A stretch of DNA of 64,000 bases from the NCBI GenBank assembly GCA_020137815.1, contig CM035352.1:2976001-3040000 (forward strand). The letters run 5' to 3'. The notes beneath the pieces were generated by a model that was not told the origin of the DNA, did not search any database, and was given only the letters and a program-made list of their open reading frames with translations. This DNA is from Hormiphora californensis. Taxonomy: Eukaryota; Animalia; Ctenophora. Position numbers and translations under genes: made by a program. This document shows, in pieces, positions 57,762-64,000 of this stretch. The number at the start of each line of letters is the position of its first letter. Position 1 is the stretch's first letter.

Positions 57762-57869
57762 CTAGAGGGGGACAGGTTAGTAATGTCAATTGTGAGCCGT
57801 TAGAAACTTAACATTCAAAGAACATTGAAATAAAATGTCAATAAATTATTTAAAACCCTTTCTAATAAA
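57762..57869 (-). promoter_or_regulatory. 108-nt U-rich intergenic spacer ending in branch point plus unpaired 3' acceptor (putative trans-splice site)
   Basis: Minus strand directly after the POP1 stop ends in ...TACTAACCTGTCCCCCTCTAG; no strong GT(A/G)AGT donor in the spacer (only a weak GTTAAGT). Confidence 0.55.
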
Positions 57870-59318
57870 TTAATTGCCCTCCTCAATAAAAGAAATAGTT
57901 ACAGGCCGAAGTATTTGAGATTTAGGGTTTCTAAGTTTCATCTCCACACTACTACCACGTGTCACTAGTCCTCTATTGACGACCCCAATGCCACCTCCCC
58001 GTCCACTTATCAAGTTGTAGCCTCCTGAGGTTACCCACCCAACCTCAACCTCACCTTCTAACAACACACCTCTAACCTCAACTGAACCTCGCCCTGAACA
58101 CTGCACTGATACACGAGTTAGAGGACCTCCTCCCCTCTTCTCACCGGAAGGGGAATCTGGGTAGTCAGAGGGGAAGAAAGGAATGTTAGAGAGTGTAGAA
58201 ATGGAATGTGAATCAGAAAGTCCTGTGATGCGGCCCCCGCTGTACACCAGGGGTAGGAGAAACCTAGTACCCCATCCGGGTGGTAGAACTAGGACGAAAG
58301 ATGACGAAACTGGGTCACGGTATACACAGTATGGTGCTCTACAGTCTTCAGTGGTAGTGGTAGTGGTATCCATGGGTGTTTCTATTGTACTTCCTTCTTC
58401 TGCCGTCGAGTTAAAAAGAGGGCTACCGTTGACTAGATCCATACAGGGTGTTATCACATTATCTGGCTGCCTCACAGGTCCATCAAGGAGAGAGGTAAAC
58501 ACTCTGTACACCTTTTCTGGAACCTCAACTTCACCCCCAAACACTACCCCCTTGGCAATATAATAAAAGTACGGATCTTTCCTCAACTCACCCAACCTCC
58601 CTCCAAACTCCAGACTCTTCGCCAGCAACTCTAACGACCTCTGACCGGATATTGTAAATTCCTGGAATTTCTGACGTTTTGCGGTGGTGATGACATCAGG
58701 GAAAACAGGTGTAATTACAGGATGGAAGCGGAGGTATAATCGTGTGGGAGATGTCCAAAACACGGTTACAGGGCCCTGGTATACCTCCCCATTATACCAT
58801 GAACACTCTTGCACTCGATCTAACAACACCCTACTGGGCTGTATGGGTAGGGTGGTCTCCAGATCCAGTCCCCTCACCTCCCACCAGTGATAGAAACTAG
58901 TATCCTGGACCGTGGCGCTGTCTCGTATCGCCCGAAACTGGGCTCTATCACCCTTCTGCGTGGTAGTCATGGGGATGCGGTGTCCCCATTTGTCTTCCAT
59001 GTGGCACCTCTTGGCATGCCACAGATGGGTCTCTAACTTCTCAATCCCTCCCTCGTTTCTCCTCTCCCTATTTGGGTTCCTCTTCTTCTTCCACCTGCAT
59101 TTTGTTTTCGTTCTCTCAGCCCCAACAGGTCGGAACCTCGCGGGTAGCCTGGCTGGGTTGTGACTGGCAGCCCTTCGTCGCATGTAAAACGGTATTGCTA
59201 GCTTGTAGCTGATTGCACACTGAGTTTTCATTGCTTCCAATGCTTCCGTGATTTCCAAACTCCGGGAATCCACAATATCCATAACGTTCACAGCAGTAGT
59301 TGTAGTAGTTGTGGCCAT
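57870..59318 (-). CDS. POP1: RNase P/MRP subunit POP1, intronless and unusually short (482 aa)
   Basis: MRRRAASHN, LETHLWHAKRCHM..KWG, QDTSF, POPLD-type LVLPPGWG..F..PLV..GGR, FFPSDYPDSPSG, C-terminal VGWVTSGGYNL..G.G.G; start MATTTT at 59318. Confidence 0.9.
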   Translation of the reverse strand: MATTTTTTAVNVMDIVDSRSLEITEALEAMKTQCAISYKLAIPFYMRRRAASHNPARLPARFRPVGAERTKTKCRWKKKRNPNRERRNEGGIEKLETHLWHAKRCHMEDKWGHRIPMTTTQKGDRAQFRAIRDSATVQDTSFYHWWEVRGLDLETTLPIQPSRVLLDRVQECSWYNGEVYQGPVTVFWTSPTRLYLRFHPVITPVFPDVITTAKRQKFQEFTISGQRSLELLAKSLEFGGRLGELRKDPYFYYIAKGVVFGGEVEVPEKVYRVFTSLLDGPVRQPDNVITPCMDLVNGSPLFNSTAEEGSTIETPMDTTTTTTEDCRAPYCVYRDPVSSSFVLVLPPGWGTRFLLPLVYSGGRITGLSDSHSISTLSNIPFFPSDYPDSPSGEKRGGGPLTRVSVQCSGRGSVEVRGVLLEGEVEVGWVTSGGYNLISGRGGGIGVVNRGLVTRGSSVEMKLRNPKSQILRPVTISFIEEGN

Positions 59319-59641
59319 TGTGTGGAGTTCTGCAGGGGAGAGGGGAAGGGAGGGATAGTGAGAGAGGGAAGGAGACAGAGAGAGAGGGAAGGAGACAGTG
59401 AGAGAGATAGGGTACAAATATATCGGCTACTCAACCATGGGATTGTGATGGAAAGTGTAACACACTCTTGCACACGCTGCATTCAAAATTTCAAAGAAAA
59501 TAAATTCACAGAATCAACACAGACATAACTGGCACAAAATATCCTCCCTTGCATAATATATTCCCAAACACACCATTATACCATATTCAGTATAAGTGAT
59601 CTCAAAAGAATTCAACTAAACGAATGACGTCATTTCTGACG

Positions 59642-60403
59642 TCACCTCTCCTCTCCCTCATCATCCGAAGATCCCCCCATGGCAGAATAAAATGACATGG
59701 CAACCTTCTCTGCGTACTGCCTTCTCTCGTCTGTTGGCAGCCCATTTGCTACCTCCCTTAGCTTCAGTAGGTTCCCAAACAAGTCATTAAAATCCCCATT
59801 ACCATTGAGGAGGTCCTCTAAATTACCCTCTCCTAACAAATCATCAACCCCATCCAATATCGCTGGACCCCCATCCTTCACCTCTTCTTCTTCCTGTCTT
59901 TCAGGAGCAGTAAGAAGTGATGCCAGAGTGCTATCGGACTCCTTCATTGTCCTACTAGGCCACATGTGGCATTCAAGTGCCTCCCTAACCCGACCCATAC
60001 CATCAGAGTGACCCAGTAACCCTGCTACATCATCCTCTCCATCAGATAGATAGTGAACTAACTCAAACTCCCTCTCAATACTCCATTCCAGAAAACCAGG
60101 AGCTGAGGAGTTTGAGTTGACCAGTAGAATCCGGACTTCTGGGTCTGCCTTTTCTAGCCAGTCTGTCCATGTGGCTAGTTTATCTAGTTCAATTAGGACA
60201 TTATCAACAACAAACACAACTGCTTCTACCGGATCCTCAGGAGGTGTCTCTGTAAAGAGGACTTGTGTCGTGACGGTGAAATATTTGTTGTCGAAGGTTA
60301 GTCTGCTACTGGCCGGGTCACATTGTAAGGCAGTTGATATGTCAGAGTTGGGGATAGATGAGACGTTGTTGATTGCAATCCGATCTATATCTAGCGTTAC
60401 CAT
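59642..60403 (-). CDS. AAGAB: Alpha- and gamma-adaptin-binding protein p34, intronless, 253 aa
   Basis: DNKYF, WSIEREFELV, GMGRVREALECHMWP, LPTDERRQYAEKVAMSFYSAMGG plus acidic tail. Confidence 0.92.
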   Translation of the reverse strand: MVTLDIDRIAINNVSSIPNSDISTALQCDPASSRLTFDNKYFTVTTQVLFTETPPEDPVEAVVFVVDNVLIELDKLATWTDWLEKADPEVRILLVNSNSSAPGFLEWSIEREFELVHYLSDGEDDVAGLLGHSDGMGRVREALECHMWPSRTMKESDSTLASLLTAPERQEEEEVKDGGPAILDGVDDLLGEGNLEDLLNGNGDFNDLFGNLLKLREVANGLPTDERRQYAEKVAMSFYSAMGGSSDDEGEER

Positions 60404-60741
60404 GCTGAGTGGGAGAGAAGTTAGTTAGAGCTGGGAAATTGAGGGACGGGGAAATGGGAATAGAGATAAGTTGAGAGCGTCTGTTGGTTAGAGCTGGGAA
60501 ATTGAGGGACGGTGGTCGGGGAGTAGAGATAAATGGTGAGAAAGAAGACGGGACAACTGCAGTAAAACTTAGTAAGTTGGATGGAAATTGAAATAATATT
60601 TACACCTGCACTGCTGGTAATTTGTCGGCAACATTGTAGGTCACAACAGAATAATAAAAAGGTTAAATAACACACTGTCTACGTAAGACTAATCCTACAC
60701 CATTGCTAACTTAGTAAATAACAACTGTTCAAAAAGAGTCT

Positions 60742-63700
60742 TCATTCCATTTTTTCCATGAACTGGTAGTGATCCATAAGGCCCTGAGCCCTCGATCTGG
60801 TAGGCATCCCTTTGACAAGACTGTCCAACGAGTCAATAATACGCTCCAAATTTGGTAAACTATCACAATCCGGCACATTGAGGAAGGTGTCATATAACAT
60901 CTCGAAAAACTCTCTATCCACCCTACGATGAGGCTTCTTTGTTGGCACCCATTTCCCTCCTTTATCCTGCATGACGCTCATGTACTCATTGTGGATCATC
61001 ATGTGAACACAAGACAGCAGTCCATAGTAGTCCACCTGGTAGGTCCAAGGTCGGCCACTCTGCATCTCTACACACTCGAACTGCTCCGTGTGACATGACA
61101 CCGTGAAATGTGATCCATCCGGTAGTAGCTCCATGTCAATAGACCGCCCAAAGTCTATCAGCACCACACTTTTGCTCATCTTACTGAGGGTCATGGTGTG
61201 CTCCTTATCCCGTAGCAGCCAGTTATCAGGCTTCACATCTCCGTGGATTATACCAGTTGAGTGGATGGCGTGGATACACCGTAACATATCAAGGGCGTAG
61301 GTGCATATCACCACGTGAGGTATATCCCTCCTGTAGCTCCGATAATGGTTGATCATATCCAGTAGGCTACCCTCGGGGAAGAGGTTTGTGACAAGAACGG
61401 ATGCATTGGTAAACACATGGATCGCCTTCAGAGGCAGGATCATCTCTATTATCTCTACTTCAACTCCATCCTGCACCATTCTCTCCTTGAGTTCCCGTAG
61501 AATGTAGAACTCCCATGAGGCAGGAGGATAGGAGATTTTAAAAGCGCTCGTAACTGGTTCATTTCCTTCCTGGGAGCATTCCCCTGAGTAGACCTTAGCG
61601 AAAGCACCTTCCCCTACCTGTCTAATGTTCCTGACCGTCTGGGGACCTAGCTGGATAACTTGAGCCTTCTTTAAATCCGTATCGTGTTGGTTGAAATTCT
61701 CCTTGTAACATAGAGGTGGGTCAAGAGATTGGATAAGTCTCTCGATCAAGTGCTGATCGTATGGGTCTGTAACGGGATCTGTTGGGGCGAGGGATTGCCG
61801 GGGTACACGGGGTAGAATGGACATGTCCAGTATAATGTCTCGACAGGTTCGGTCTGGTTGAAAGGCATCCTTCGTTTCTATTTTCAGCAACTGGAGGAGG
61901 AGATAATAATGTGTTAGAGATAAGGTTAATAATAGAGCAGGGCTGCAATACTCTATGTCCTTTCCTTTCCCCACCCTATCGAATAGGGCCCAACTGGGAA
62001 ATTCCTAATCACTCCCAGTATATACTTCCTAACAAGAACATGCCCGATGCAATGACACCTACCTCAGGTACATGATCACCCAGCTCTGCAGTATCCTCAA
62101 AAGCAGACATACTGATTTTTTCAGTCATCTGTAATCGTTCTGTCAACTGGTAGTCCGCATCCGCTTTCACCGCGAATCCTGGCATAAACGCTGTTTCACT
62201 CTAGGGGATAGGGAAGGTTACTACTAGCAATGATTAATGAAATCAGAGATTTACAGAAAAATAAGAGAATATTATATCAGATAGAAATTGATTATTGAAC
62301 TTACTTTTCTGGTCAGATTTCCGAGGAGCATGGCGCTAGATTCATCAGATGACACTGGTGTGGGTGCCTTTCCTTTCTTAGCGGTCTGCTGATTTGAATC
62401 GAAACTGGAAAACGACTCCCTACTTCCCTCCAAAATGGGGGATAACTGCTTCGTTGAGTCCTCCCCAGCTGGAACAGGTCGAGTTGTGTCCCCTCCCCCG
62501 GTACTACCCATTGTCGGATCTTCAACTGAGGGTGTACCGTTCAGGAAGTTGATGAACTGATTGTTGATAACCTGGGTCTCCGTTGCACCTCGCCTACCCA
62601 TTCTCTCAGTGGTGGGTGGTACAAAGGATGAATTATCTGATTTACAGGGTGTTGTCAATGCCTTGATGTCATACGAATCCTCTGCTTTCTCAGGTGTATC
62701 TTTGAAGATATCGAACGCATCGGAAGGTCGGCCAAGATCGGCGTATTCAAGTTTCTCAGGAGTCTGCATTTTCTCTTCGAACAAATCAGTAGTAACTTCT
62801 TTTTGTTCCTTCAGGGCGAGTTTCTTCTTGGCAAATAGTCCCTTGATCATTGCTGGTTCTTTGAACTCTCCTTCACCTGCTGCAGCACCGCCCTTACACA
62901 TTGTGTCCTCGTAAATTGCAAAGCCAGCCCCAAAACCAGCTGATGCTGCTGCAGGTTTCTTTTTTCTGTCCGGTGTTCTGATTGTTGTCTCCAACCTCTC
63001 CATAGTGTAGTTCTTCTCCTCTTCTGGGGGCGAGTGGGACTTTTTGGCTAGCTTTATACTGTCCTCTACGACCATCTTGGGCACGGAAACAGATGACTCT
63101 CCACCTCCTCTCATTGAAAGATGCAACGATAACCTATCCGCTTTCTCGGGCAGCACTTTCCGTGTGGATGACATTAATGAGTTGTCGAGGTGGAAATCAT
63201 TACCGTAAGTTGAGTTGAAGGCCGTCTTCTTGGGCACCATAACTATCTCGTCGCTATCATTCTCATCAGGATCTGAGCTGGACCTTTTCTTTCCCCTGAT
63301 TCCCTCATCCTCACTCTGACACTCTTCACTCTCCCGTTTAGCAAACCGAGCCATGGCCCGCAGCTCCTCAAACGTCCACTCTCCCCCACTCGGTGGGTAT
63401 ACCTTAGTCTTGGAATAAGCCACCGTAGTTGTGGCCGCACCGGTATTCAGGACCGGAGCATCACTGGACCCACCTCCCTTACTAATCCCTGCCCCTGTCG
63501 TGATCTTCTTCGTTTTCAGGGCTGTTGTGTTTCGTTCAAACTTTGGTTCACTGACATTTTGATCGGCCATTTCCTCGAAAATTGAGAACCGTTTTCCAGC
63601 AGGTGCTACCGAGTCAGTTTCCGGGGCAACGACATTCTTCCACCTTTGTTTGGCCAACACGTTCTCCTTGTTGTGCCGAGTTCTGTCCAGAGGGTTGGTT

Positions 63701-64000
63701 GACCTCTTTGGGGCTGTTGTCTCACCATCCCCACCACCTTCGCCGCGATCTTGGAAAATATTGAAACCCCGGTTTGCACTTTTCATGATCGATGGTCCTG
63801 CACGTTGGTCTTGTGAGGTATCACGGAACATCGTTTCCCCGGCTTTCCGGACCTCAACCGGTTTTTCCTTGGCGTCCAGTTCTATTCCACGTTTTTCCAT
63901 GGCCCTGATAATCTGGGTCTTGATGTCCGTCCAATAAGATTTGTCAGGATTCTTACGAAGTGCTGCATTACACACAGCCATTGCTCTTCCAAAGTTTTCA
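60742..64000 (-). CDS. BUB1: Mitotic checkpoint kinase BUB1/BUBR1 (MadBub type), 5'-partial
   Basis: Exons >64000-62305, 62200-62063, 61890-60742. KEN (NKENV), GLEBS (YSKTKVY...EWTFEELRA), ABBA-like (FNIFQD, FSIFEE, FAIYED), KARD-like LSPILEGS, kinase GEGAFAKVY / HGDVKPDN / DFG / CVEMQSGRPWTYQVDY. Confidence 0.93.

Overview
This is eukaryotic (animal) genomic DNA with short GT-AG introns, not prokaryotic. I recall the 109-bp hAT MITE at 3812 and 18046 as an abundant repeat of the ctenophore Pleurobrachia; that taxon call is from memory and unverified. Ten host genes are supported. A left minus-strand cluster runs PRMT5 > SENP6/7-like > FBXW9 > SDR16C-like > NONO/DBHS. A plus-strand POLDIP3 sits in the middle. 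A right minus-strand cluster runs BUB1/MadBub (5'-partial) > AAGAB > POP1 > small coiled-coil gene. The rest is dense with nested transposons: three CR1-like LINEs, a 5'-truncated retroelement with a highly structured 3' UTR, a multi-intron hAT-related transposase pseudogene, and many MITEs or foldbacks with readable TIRs and TSDs. Main hypothesis: the co-directional genes are very tightly packed (108-570 nt once TE insertions are removed), and nearly every gene has an unpaired 3' splice acceptor 1-11 nt before its ATG. That is the architecture expected of spliced-leader trans-spliced operons. Other notable signals are the GAAA-tetraloop-rich retroelement RNA, T-shaped GNA-triloop hairpin mini-elements, and MITEs with poly-G termini. 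Exon boundaries were read by hand.
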